Positions 12,101 through 24,400 of a stretch of DNA of 64,000 nucleotides are shown piece by piece (the stretch's first letter is position 1; every line of letters begins with the position of its first letter). The stretch lies in NCBI GenBank assembly GCA_030141605.1, contig JAQGDQ010000448.1, positions 1-64,000 of the forward strand, read 5' to 3'. Made by a program: the position numbers and the translations under genes. The notes beneath the pieces were generated by a model. It was given only the letters and a program-made list of their open reading frames with translations. It was not told the origin of the DNA and made no database searches. This DNA is from Tubiluchus corallicola. Lineage: Eukaryota > Animalia > Priapulida.

Positions 12101-13217
12101 TAGTGATATGGGAGCTTACACAATTTCTGCTGGATCCTGCTTCAATGGATTTCAGAAACCAAGACTGGAATATTTCATCAACGACAATGATAGGTACCAT
12201 TCTGCAAGCTCAAATGAGCTGTTTTGCTGTGCGACTATGTTTAAAGTCTGTACAAGAATTGTTGCTAAACAGCAAATTGTTGAAATTTTCTTTACGTATA
12301 TGCACTCTGGTAAATAATTGTGTCCGTTTCGTACTATCCCTTTATACCTCTAATAAATGTAGTAAACTTTGATATCAGTAAATAAGCATGACATGAATAT
12401 AAATGTGCCTATTTTAAGGCAAGTAACTTTGTAATGCCTGTAAGGACGTACTTGTTACTCCTTCACTGATGCAGCAAGTTTCTAATTTGTTGAGCTGCAT
12501 TCAGAATTTAATACTTCTCATCTTTGCTATGCACCTTTTCACAACACAGTTGTAAAGAACTTAGGCCAAATGATGCTTTACTGTCATTTTATTTACTGAG
12601 GTGCATGATTACCAAAGGATGGCAAAAATGGCTAAGTTCAAAAGTTTTTATTTCCAATTCCATTGCTCAATATTTTAAAAATTTAATTTTAGGCTTTTAC
12701 GTTGTAACTCATCTTGGATACTGCTAAAGCATAAAATTTTGCCTTTTTAAATGAAAATAAAAATGTTATTTTATCAGCATAAATTTTGAGTTTTACAAAA
12801 GAATCAGAAACATAATAAAGTAGGCTACAAGATTAATGGGTACCAGGAATAATATGCGCAGCTGTAAGTGAACATCTACTGGTTGAATTGAATTTCTGCC
12901 AGACTTTACGGAACACGTATTTGTTGAACCATATTTACAGAATCTGAGCGTTTAATTACAATACTATGTAAGAGACTAACATGTTGGTATGTTTACTATA
13001 CTTTTACATCCATATTGAGTCTTATGTATAAGATGCTAAGTAACTTCCCTGCATGTGGTATCAAAATTCAAACAGGATTGTTGTATTTTATAGATGCTAT
13101 TGGAGTACAGAGACCGAAGATTTGTGTGATGATGTGGCTTCTCTGTCGTCTGTCGACTCTGGCTTGGAAATGGACGAACTTGCTGCTTGTCTCGCTGAGT
13201 CAGCCTATGTTCGCTGA
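6168..13217 (+). CDS. ODC1: Ornithine decarboxylase, 442 aa; exons 6168-6263, 6662-6752, 7195-7444, 7921-8055, 8414-8579, 9655-9811, 11021-11121, 11985-12193, 13094-13217
   Basis: All GT-AG introns are phase-compatible (1329 nt total). Motifs: PYYAVKCN (PLP lysine), [56 protein letters not shown] (catalytic Cys), MGAYT, FNGF. Intact catalytic residues favour an active ODC over an antizyme inhibitor. Confidence 0.95.
6446..6533. repeat. 88-nt near-perfect hairpin in an ODC intron (mirror 51906-51993)
   Basis: 42-bp arms (6446-6487 and 6492-6533) with 2 mismatches and a 4-nt loop. Confidence 0.9.
9986..10747. mobile_element. Non-autonomous hAT-type element (762 bp) in an ODC intron (mirror 47693-48454)
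   Basis: Ends TAGGGGTGGGAC... and ...CATGCCTA. Flanked by near-identical 8-mers GCTGGCAC (9978-9985) and GTTGGCAC (10748-10755). ACCGAA/TCCGAA subterminal repeats. Confidence 0.6.
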
Positions 13218-13460
13218 CTAGTCGTGGCATGTGTGTAATCTAATTGCATGTAAGCACTTGCATTACAACTACAATTGCTGTGTTTCTACATGTCCAGGTT
13301 TCATGAAAATTTATATCATAATTATTTAATTTGCAGAATAATTATATTCATGTATTATATTGGATGTATGGATTATTTGATACACGCATTGTTAAGTACT
13401 GTGCCTGAAAAGATTTTGTAAAAATATGTTTGTCTATATGAATTTTAAAATCTACACTAC

Positions 13461-13466
13461 AATAAA
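13461..13466 (+). terminator. Candidate ODC polyadenylation signal
   Basis: First AATAAA, ~245 nt after the ODC stop codon. Confidence 0.5.
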
Positions 13467-16068
13467 TGTTTAGTCTATAATGCATGTTTTGTATAATTGC
13501 AGTCACAATTTGTCAATATCAATAATTAAAACGCCCTTTTAATTGATTTTGTGAGAAATAGTTAATCAAACGTACATTATTATTAATAAGATTGTTGAAC
13601 TTTAAACAATTGTGTATAACAGGCACCAAAACATTTGTTGTATGCAAGTGCTTACTGTGCATTCGATTACTATACCTAAGAGTTGATGCTTACACATTGT
13701 AACAATTTTATGTTCGTATTGTTTAGTACAGTGATCCTGCATAATTTGCACGAAATGCCAATTTCCATATTCTTAGTTAACTGAAACTAGGAAAGTGAAA
13801 TCTTGGATAATTCAAAAAGTGTTGCATAGAGCTTTGTAACACTTTGTGGTAACTTTGTTTGTTAAAGAAAAATTGCACACTTTATTTAATTATGCTTGTA
13901 GTTATAACCATTCGTTGAGTATGAACAATTAATGTACAAGATAATGACGGGATTTTCCTTGATAAACACTTGTACCAGGGTTGTTCACTACTCAACCTAA
14001 ATGGAAGCATGCTTTATTGACTACAAAGTAATGTTGTTATTATTAATTCCGGTGAATGTCAGGAAGTAACGGGTTTAGCCTTTGTAAAATTGGGTAACAA
14101 CAACCTGGCGATGATGTTAGAAACTAATACTTTGTGAAAATACAATTGTATGAATATGTTAATCTCTGAAATTCTCTTTTTTTGGGAAAAACAGCTTTTT
14201 GATGCTGTTGTATTGCTAGTTGTTGTTGCCTTTTCATAGGTGGAAGCACTTCCATGTAATAATTGTTCCTTTAGAGATTTTACATTTGGCTACCTGATAT
14301 GTAGGTAGATTAGAAAACATCCATTTTAAATGCCTGCTAATGGATTTCAAGTTTGATGGCTGTGTGGCTGGTAAAATAATAAAATACTGACAATGTTGAG
14401 GCATTCGAGTATTCTATTTTTTACAAACGTGTTCTAGATCTATATTTTTTTGACAATGAAAATTTAACTTTAGCACTCTGATATGTTACTTAAAGGAAGG
14501 TTTTGCTTGTAAATTAGAAAGGCTGTGTTGTCGGACACCATAAATAGGTCCAGTGTCTTGTAATGCACTGCAACCATTTGGTAACTTCTCAGCATTAACA
14601 AATAGGCCTTACAGAGTAATGTTAAATAATAACAATAAAAATAATAATAGTAATCAAATTAATATCAACGGATAATGAACTTGTATGACTTATTGCTAGC
14701 TGTAATAACAAAATGTAAGAACAACAGAAATGGTAGTATGCAGAAGAGCAAGAAGTACTATTAAGATTTGTCTGACAGAGGTGTAGTGTTGAACCTATGC
14801 TATAATTTCCAAATGTGAAAAGCGAGGTAGTTATCTATTGCACACCATAAGAAAAAACTGTTGTTCTAGTGAGACTGAGACCTCTATCATTGCTAGAGTT
14901 TCACGATAGTTTTGTAAGTATTCTGCTGAAAATAAGCTTCAACAAGTCGAAGAATGTGGTGTTGACACATCACTGTGAACTTATTTTCAAGTTTTGTGAG
15001 AAAATTTTCCATTGTGATAATCAGCTCCTTTGTGTTGATTAAAGCAGTTACTCATTAGACTTAAATGTGAAGAGGTTGACATCTAAATAAACACAATCAT
15101 CATAATTATGCCCATTACATCTATTGCATACATTGGGCAGGTAGAATTCTAAAATGAAAGAAATCTGCCCTCGAGACGGTAAACACAGCACTAATCCAGC
15201 AAAAAACTAGACGCTGCTATGTCATTGGTTTTCCAGCACCACTTCCGAGCTAAGTGCAATCAATGATAAGGTAATCAATGTCAATTTCGCTGCTAAGCCA
15301 AAGTTGAAGGAAAAAACAGAAGAACTTAAAAGGTTTCTCACATTGCTGTTTCTGTACAGCTCAATGAGCTGATAGCCTGTTTGCATTTATGACATGCGTT
15401 GATTTCTTTAATGTTTTTTTTGCGAACATCGCCGGGATTCAGACATTCCGAGTTGATCGTACATAAAATGTTATCGTATGTTATTTACTAAATAAAGACT
15501 GGAATTTATGCGTTCATTACTAGTTACCCTATTTGTTATTATTTATAGAATTGAAACGTGCGGACAGAATCCTGTCTTGATGGGTTCCACACCACATTCA
15601 ATGTCTCTAAGCACTGTCGTTTAATGATATTGGCCTGAAACACCAGCAAGTAAATATATGACGACAGGATACTTTTCCGGTATGAAATCACTATGGGGGT
15701 GCGACATTTGTTTATCTTGATCTTTGACCTGTTGAAGTAGCCTTTGTGTTTCCATGTCTTCCAGAATTACCCCTGTGCCAAGTGTGGTGATTGTACGTGT
15801 GGCTTCATTTATTTTAATATATACAGTACACATAGATGCGACTAAATGCCTTACCCATGTATCGACCATGCATTATAATTGGGATTGATAGTAATGAGAT
15901 TAGAAATTAGGGTATGGGTCAGAGTTAGCATGAAATAAGCTCTGTCCATGTAATGCATGTGCAATAATCTGTACAATGACAAAATGACTTTTACTGGCAG
16001 ACTGTTTAAGCTTCTAGCTATTTTCATAAATATTGATCACCCATTTTTCTATTTTTTTTAATTTTTAG

Positions 16069-17961
16069 ATGGCAGGATTAGCTGATGTCTGTGATGTAAA
16101 CTACTGTTTGCTTGATCTCCCCTGGGAAGATGTCCTTTGCCGATACATATTGCCATATCTGACTCTGTCTGATTTGTTCAAACTACGCCATGTATGCATT
16201 GCTGCCAGAGACTTGACATCGTTTTACTTTAAAAAACTTATCAACCTAGACCTAACACATTGCAATGGTCGCCTGTCAGCAGAAGCCTTTAAAGCAATTA
16301 CCAATGATAATGAATTAATACAAAAATTAGTGTTGCTTAACTGCAAGGACTGGTTAACCGATACTACTCTTGCTAATGTGATACAAAGATGTTCACTGTT
16401 GAAATATATCAACTTGGCTGCTTGCTCCAGGTTGACAAATGCTACAGTGCAAAGACTAGCCGACAATTGCCAATATCTGCAGTGTGTGATTTTACGGAAC
16501 TGTCACTGGCTCACTGAAGCATCATTAATGGTGCTTGTTATGAACTGTAGGGATATTAGGCACCTCGACTTAGAATCATGTTGGGACATAACCGACCTTG
16601 CAGTTCACACTATTGTTACTACTTGTAAAAGGTAAAGTCATTCTGAAAAATTACAGCTTTTGAGTAGTATTATTGTAGTTGTATAAATGCTGATGTAGGT
16701 TTTACGGTATAGTACAACTTTTTTTTGTCAATTACCTATGTTTAATTTGGCATTGTTTCACCTGTATGTTACCATTTGAAATCAAAATGTAACGACATGC
16801 AACAATTTTTTGCTGCAAAGCTATTGTGTGTAAAAACTTGTGCAAGGACTGGAGCATTTTAGCATTAAGTGTAATAGAATCTATCCAAATAAAATTTGAT
16901 ACTAAATTACAAATCTGCATTAAGTCCTTAAGTATTACAGTCATTATCATGGACTATGACTGGCTCCCACCACCCATCTCATTCTTTAAAAAGTATAGCA
17001 CTGACTAAGATAGTTTGCCAAATTGACCTCTGTTCTTGATGATTTAGATAGCAATATACCAAACTGAATCCTGGAAAAAATATAAGAATGCATTTATGCA
17101 GAAATATTTGTACTGAAAAGCTCTTTTAGCTCAGGATAAAACTAGAGCCTGTACTGGCTAAGTTGTAATGAGCACAGATTAATGAGTACTGCAACCAGCA
17201 TAACACAGACTCATAAGTGCAATAATCGGAGACATTAATGCCAGTGGACCCTTTATAACAAATACTCAAATTTATGGTGTTTTAGTTTGGAATTTCTATT
17301 TTCCACAGCATTTTTCATTACAATGCAATGCATCTTATTTTAATTTAGCTTACAGTGTCTGTCACTATGCAAAATCTATGGCATAACTGATGCATCTCTA
17401 AGAGCAATTGCGATGAGTGGCATTCCACTGAATGAGCTTAACATATGTGGCTGCTGGCGAGTCACTGACGATTCAGTAAGGTAGATATATAAAATTATGA
17501 GCATTGAAACTAAGAATTGGGTTGTACTTTGTAGACTGTCAAGTCCTTACACAATAAAAAATAATTTTTATTTTTAACCAATAGGCAATTTAGTAGCTGA
17601 ATCTTTGCATTAACTTTTGATGCTGACTCAAGCTTGATGTGACCAAATCTGTAAATATTGTACAGTATGTTTATATATATAGTTGAGTACATTATCTCTC
17701 CATTGCTTTATTTGATTACCGGCTTGTTGCAACTACTACCTATACATTTATATTTGCAGACTTTTAGCTGAGTATTGCAAGACATTAAAGCTATTACATG
17801 TAAGCGATTGCCGAGACGTCACTGAAAGGACGCTGGCTCGAATGCGTATCAATGGAGTCCTCATAGACAGGCCAATGCTAAAATACATCCCTCTTCATGG
17901 AGCTGCTAGCGCTGATCAATATCTGGGAATCCTTAGGACTAAATTAAATCCACAGATTTAG
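16069..17961 (+). CDS. FBXL15: F-box/LRR-repeat protein 15, 298 aa; exons 16069-16631, 17349-17480, 17760-17961
   Basis: F-box start LLDLPWEDVL, cysteine-containing LRRs (LLNCKDWLTD, LRNCHWLT, CGCWRVTDDSVRLLAEYC) and C-terminal LNPQI*. Phase-compatible GT-AG introns. Confidence 0.9.
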
Positions 17962-18865
17962 GTGCAACTTCATTTTAGTTGTACTGAAGTTGTTCATTTT
18001 ATTTGTCTTTACTGCGGTAGAAAAAAGGGACAGTCAAGTGGATAATTTAGCTAAATATATAATGCTTAAGACTTTTCTATTTTTCATCATTATTAACTGA
18101 ATTTTTGATAATGTGGTTATCATAAGTGATTACGTAGCCTTTATTTAAGGCAACAGGTATTTGTGTTCCACTGCAGGAAAGCTGAAAGGTCTAAAACTTA
18201 ATTTTTTCGTGTCTTTCAGTTCTTGTGATCATCTAAGTCGTCATATAGACAATCTTTTTACTAGTTCACTTTTTAAAAACCGTTATTTGGCCGTGTGTGA
18301 AGAATAACATGGCATTAATGCTTGATCAGCATTGCAGTCTATCTAAATGAGAATAATATGATAAAAGATTTACTGTGCTGTTTATTTCTTAGAGAATTTA
18401 TAAAAATTCAGTAAACATGAGTGGACAATTTTATTATCACAATAACTAGCTTTTGTTCTATAATTCATACGCCAACAATCTATTATTGCAAATATTGTTT
18501 TATATCATAAAATATATTAAGCTATTACAACAGATGTTGAAAAATATTTAATATATTTAAAATTATAAAATTTATTAAATGTAAGTTGAATAAATATACA
18601 AATTAGATATCGTAATATGTAAACATGTGGCAGTTTGAATTTGAAAGTAAAATGTGTTACTTTATATAAAAAACATTTCTGCACTGTACAGTTCCCATAG
18701 GTTTTTTGGAAGAGTAAAGTTTACAACCAATCTCTTCACAATACATGCACCTCTTTACAAAGAAGCTGGCCAGGTAATGAGTTCACATTTGCAAACCTAA
18801 CAAATTATTCACATTTCTTTGGAATTTGTGCATGTGCTCGAAGAATTAATAAAGTTAGTTTTTGC

Positions 18866-19947
18866 CTATCCAGGAACTTCCGATTGTCTATCCGATTGTG
18901 CTATTTTACACTCAGCTACTGAAGTACAGATGACCGTCCTAATCTTTGGTTCCTTCTTAAGCATTAACTGTGCCATGTGAACAGGTATTGACTGCAGTAC
19001 CATCAAAATGGCAACCGGAACAATCTATCGGAAAAATTCTACAAAGATTATGCATGCAAAAGCTGTCTAAGACTACATTAAATAATCATTTCACTATTGT
19101 AATAAATGAGAGCTCTTCATTTCAATGGTATGTACAATATGTACAATATCCGCCTTCCTGTTAGTCGTGTCGGTTAAGGGGTAAAAACCATTCTATCAAC
19201 TACCCCATGATCAGTAGCAAAACAAGGCTCATGTCTTGGGTGCTGTGGTGCTGTCTTTGTGCTTACCACCTTATCAACCTATTGCAAAGTCTGCAAGGCA
19301 TCACAAACTGTTAAGCTTTGTGAGGAGACAAGTCATGCAAGTGTTCCACATTTCAAAAAGTAGCTAGTTCATTAAATTTAATTAATGCCAGCAATTTCAG
19401 ACAATTCTCGAAAAAAATGCTGATAAAATTTTAACAACTTTGAAAAATGTTAAATTATAATTAAGTGTTTGCAAATAATTAAAAGCGGGAGCGAGGCTGC
19501 TCGATTGCTTACTATAATGAGTTCGACACAAAATACAGTACCATAAAATGCAAAAGCATGTTGATCACACTTATTTTTCTGTTATAAACAAGCAAACACA
19601 ACACTTAACAATGGAACAGCTTTACTCTGTAAGATATGATATGACTAGTCTTACCTTGTGTACATGTCTAGCTTTGCTAACATGATCATCAATGGATTTG
19701 CTCAACAATGCTGACACATCTTCCACACAATAGATGGATTGCAGTAATGCCTGCTCAGCTGTTGCTTTAGAGCATTTACATATGTCACTGATAATTGTTA
19801 TTGCTCGTTTATATAACTTCGTATTGCTGCAAAAAATCCACTATAGCTAAAGTTCAAACTGATTCAAATAATTCTTATTTTTTAAATATTCCTCAAGTGG
19901 CAGGTACTGTTTACCTGTTGAGCTGCTGATATTCTCTCAACATATTG

Positions 19948-19982
<35 letters not shown>

Positions 19983-21437
19983 ATAAATATATAATGCAGC
20001 ATATTCAATAAATTGGACATCTCTATTGAAGGATATAGTACAAAGACGAAACATTTTGACGATCACTGATTACGCTACTTATTTAAGACTTCGACAGTGA
20101 AATAAACCTTCGCAAAACCTATTTCCTGTGGTAAAACTGATGATGGAACCTTGTAGATTCCATATAGCTTTCAATATACACTTTTAACACCTATTAAAAA
20201 CTGTCTTCAGCGTACACTTAGTTACTAAGTACATATTAGTACATATCAGTCTTAGTACATATTAAAAACTCAACATTTACTTGGGAGTAGCAACACAATG
20301 ACCATATTTTTGATATTTATGTAGTGGCAAAGCATGTGAACAATAGTAGTAAAGTTTTAAGTTGACGGTAACCTACATTTATAAAATCACTGTTTACATA
20401 TGAATGTATTACATATGGTACCACCTACTTTGCATCAAATGAAAATTGTAACAAAACTGAGACCAAATCAACAAAACTGCTAATTAATTAAAAATCTCAG
20501 TTTTAAGGTACAAGCTGAGTTTTAAGGTGCAATATTTTGTTGTCTTACCCAATTTTCAAATCAACCATGATGTTCTGAAAAGTCTTCCCTTTCAAAACAT
20601 GTGCGCAGGTTGTGATTGCATTACATACAAGCTTTGACAGAAGGAGCTGCTTTGTAGTCGACCTGGGATACGACAAATTCGTTTCAGAGGTGGCATCTGC
20701 TATTAGAATAGCATCCCACTTCATTAGCGATTCGGCAAAGTTCTACACAAATCACGTACAAAAATAAGTTAAATAAGTACTGTGGCTACAAGCAGACATT
20801 GGCTAGAAATTATCAGCTTTGTGTTGAAATTTTTTTACCAGTTTCTTTCAAAAAATGTCAACGCATTAAACTATTACAGTTTCCAGCCTGCATCCAGTTT
20901 TGGTGAAAAAGTTAAAAACTGCTTGACAGGTTTATAGAGTCAGTTATCCTGAGTTACACACCTGTATGATTTGAAACGATTAGCTTACACTAAGTAGCAT
21001 AAAAATTTGAGTCACATTTCTTATTCCTAATGAAAAGCAACTAAACTTGTGTTTCAAAAAACTCAATGCTACGTTCTGTAATTACTCTCAAATAAAAATG
21101 GACAAATAATTATACAAATTAATTAGGAAGTAAAATATTCAAAATGATACCAGAATTCCAGCATCCAGTTTTTCTTTATGTACAATTACTAGTGCTTTTT
21201 TCGGTCGTATCAGGTAAGACTGATTGCGCGTTAGCCATTTGGTGAATCTGTCATCTAAAAAAAAGAGACTGTGAAAACAGCGAAATCTAAAAACACTGCT
21301 TCATAATGATGTTACTGTGAAGCAAATGTAGCCTAAATGAATTAAGAAAATGGTCAATATTAAAGCCAGGTAATAGATGTCAATCCTGCTGTGTGCGCTG
21401 ATGAAAGCGGATGAAACACACATGCACGCACGCGCAC

Positions 21438-21473
<36 letters not shown>

Positions 21474-24400
21474 TTGTTAGATCAGATTCAATTAGATTAG
21501 ACTTATTCAATCCAAAAGTCAATCCAATTTGTTCCTGTACTGCTCAAAATTTTGCATTTTGAGTAGTAACGCAGTCAGATGTTTGCTTCTTGAAATGAAA
21601 CAACATGAAATGAGAATGACAGCAAGTTTTCGTGAAAATATAACAGTACAAATAATTCAAGTATCAAAGGTTAAGTATTAAATAAAATGCCAAACTTTAT
21701 TTAAACTTTAAACAGAATTCTATGCACTGGCAAAGTGGTAGTTATTGGCAAGAAGCAAGATTTTATAAAGGCTTTCTAAATGGATAAATAAGACGAAAAG
21801 TCATGGAAAAGCAAACTTATGATTGGTATAGCAGTGATTTCCCATTATTTACCTGTAAGGATGAGACAAGGTCAAGAACTTACTGATGCTTAGTATTAAA
21901 TGTATTGCTGATACTAGTAGACAACTAGCAAAATCTATAATGGACACATTGGTGGCATCATTATTATGGTGTCCGATAATAATATACTAGCATTGGTATT
22001 GTGGTGCTAGTGCCTGGTGCAGTTTTGCAACAAAATTGCGCATATGTTGGTTTCGAATATCTGAGACATGTGTAAAGCATTCCCTATTGTGTAAGCTGAT
22101 ATCTTGGTGTTAACTCAAAGTGTACTAGTAGTGTAACTAACAGATTTGTCATATACCAGTGATATCAGTAGAAAAATATAGCCAGTAGTATATTAAAACC
22201 AATGTACCTAAATCTTCAATTAGCATGATGAGAAAGTCATCAGATGTCAGACTACTTAGCAAGTCCGACTCAAAATTGTCCGTGGATATCCTATATAAGT
22301 GCCCCTGTAAATAAATAAACCAAAATTCGTACCAGAAGTTTGATACACAATATCTGTTTGATTGACACAGATCAAGTGATTATACATATTTTAGTACACT
22401 AACAAAACCTCAACATAATAACTACAAACTTCATTTACAAAATCTGCTCTTTATAGTCAAACAGTAGTGAGAATGCAATAATACTACAATAACAAATATC
22501 ACAAAATATACTTCTATAACTTCTATAATTATTGTTTTCCTTACTAGAAATAATATTTAAAACATAGCAATAATGTTACATAGCAAATCCTTCTGATGTG
22601 GTAAAATCATAACTATCCTCACTAGGATAACAGCTAATCAAATAAACTAAATAACAAGCAACGTGTAAAATTCTGTGATTCTAAATAGAAATCAAGTTTT
22701 CGTGTTATATTTTACACGAGTTATGTAACTATTTCTAGTCAAACTTTAGAAGCAAATGAACAGGGTCATTGTGCAGTTTTAATTTTCATAACCTTCATTT
22801 ACATGTGATATATAGTAAGATAAGAACATACTGAATAGGCATTATTACACATATTTACTGTTAGGATTAATTAATATTCAATATATCAGCTACCTAATTA
22901 AGCTGCAAGTTGTTATTACCTAACTAAAATGCTATGATAAAAAATTTGATCAACAATTTATAACAATTTACTTTCCAGTATCCTATTTAAAAAACTAACC
23001 CTTAATAACTACCTAAATACTGACGCACACTGTCTAGTTACTCTAAAGTCTCTACTATACTACACAGTTTTCTATTATCTACACAGGAAACAGTTGAGAA
23101 AATTGGAAAATCAGTCTACCCAGAGATATTCGTATAGAGATGCTACCAGTGTTGACTGGCAATTAACAAGTTAACTTTGTCTTTCGTAGAACTGAAATTA
23201 CTAATGTAAGTCTAGAATTGCACCCCAACTTAATAATGTCCCTGTCTTTGATAAAGAAAACAGCCAAGAATTAAAAAATAGCCTTCATTTATCAGGTTTA
23301 GTTATATGTGATATGATGACTGATATGATATAAAAAACTAAGCTGCACCTATGATAGAAAAGTCAGTATTACAAACAATAATTTGACGATTTTGTAATTG
23401 GATTATTTCACATAATATATCCAACTTTTATAATGCACTAGGATATCAGAACAATATCACTATATGTTATACATGCACCTGCTGAACACATTTAAGCAGC
23501 TTACTTACAAGTTCAGACAGATCACCCTCCTTGTTACCGAATGATGACCATCCGCCATAGAGAAATCCCCGAACATCATTCGCATCTGCACCAAATGTAG
23601 GCGGGCATTCGGAGGCATCAATCAAACCTAGCTTCCCAAGACTGCCAAATCCGATATAGTATAAATGCCCTTCTGCGTTCAAACTGCCAGAAATTAAAAA
23701 GAAGCTAGTATAAGCAATCAAAATATGCATTAGAAATTTGGTTTACAAGGCTAAAGTTCAAAAGTAAACATAGTCGTGATGGTGACTTTCAAAACATAGT
23801 TCCGATCTCTTAGTTGCTGCCTGTTACAGATAATCAACATCATTAGTCATATGATGATGCAATAGCTATACAACACTCATATCTATAAGTCAGCCTGTAT
23901 GCGTACAAAATATTACTTGTTTATGCTTTTTACAGCTACATAACTTGTAACATTTTATAGTGAAAATTCTCTAATATTAAAAAGCATAAAGAAAAATGAA
24001 ATTGTTGATTTTACAACAGTCTATCGTCCAAAATTATCATTTGTATTATCATTTGTATCATTTGTACAATAGCTAGTACAAAAATTATGCATAATTTCTT
24101 GGTAAATTATAAAATCTCAATATCAGCTTGAATATAAGAGTAACTACAGTGCAACAACTTAAAAAATTCTTCTATTATATTTTGAGCACCCAGGGCAGAA
24201 ATAAACCCTTGCCTTAACATTCAGAACCAAAGTATTTACAAATGAACAAAAAATGTCATTACTAACATACCAGTCACCAGCAATTTGCACAATGTTTCCC
24301 AGTATTTCAACATTAGATTCACAGTAAAGACTTTTTAGAGACAATGCGGTCTCTTTCATATAATCACACAATGACAGCTTTTGCTTGTAGGTCAGCTGTT

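Noticed and set aside
11989-12372. 127-aa ORF and antisense ORFs over ODC, FBXL15 and p23 exons
   Set aside because: Alternative-frame or antisense shadows of real exons with no independent coding evidence.
6168-13217. Antizyme inhibitor (AZIN) identity suggested by the uCC
   Set aside because: [24 protein letters not shown] and FNGF are all intact, as in active ODC.
14108-14170. C/D-box snoRNA-like ATGATG...CTGA
   Set aside because: Imperfect C box, no terminal stem and no recognisable rRNA guide.
15621-15869. 82-aa minus-strand ORF upstream of FBXL15
   Set aside because: No recognisable domain. The region more likely holds the FBXL15 promoter or a non-coding first exon (ETS-like TTCCGG), which I also cannot establish.
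21301-21562. ORFs with HTHTHT / CVCVCV runs
   Set aside because: Translation of the (CA)n microsatellite.
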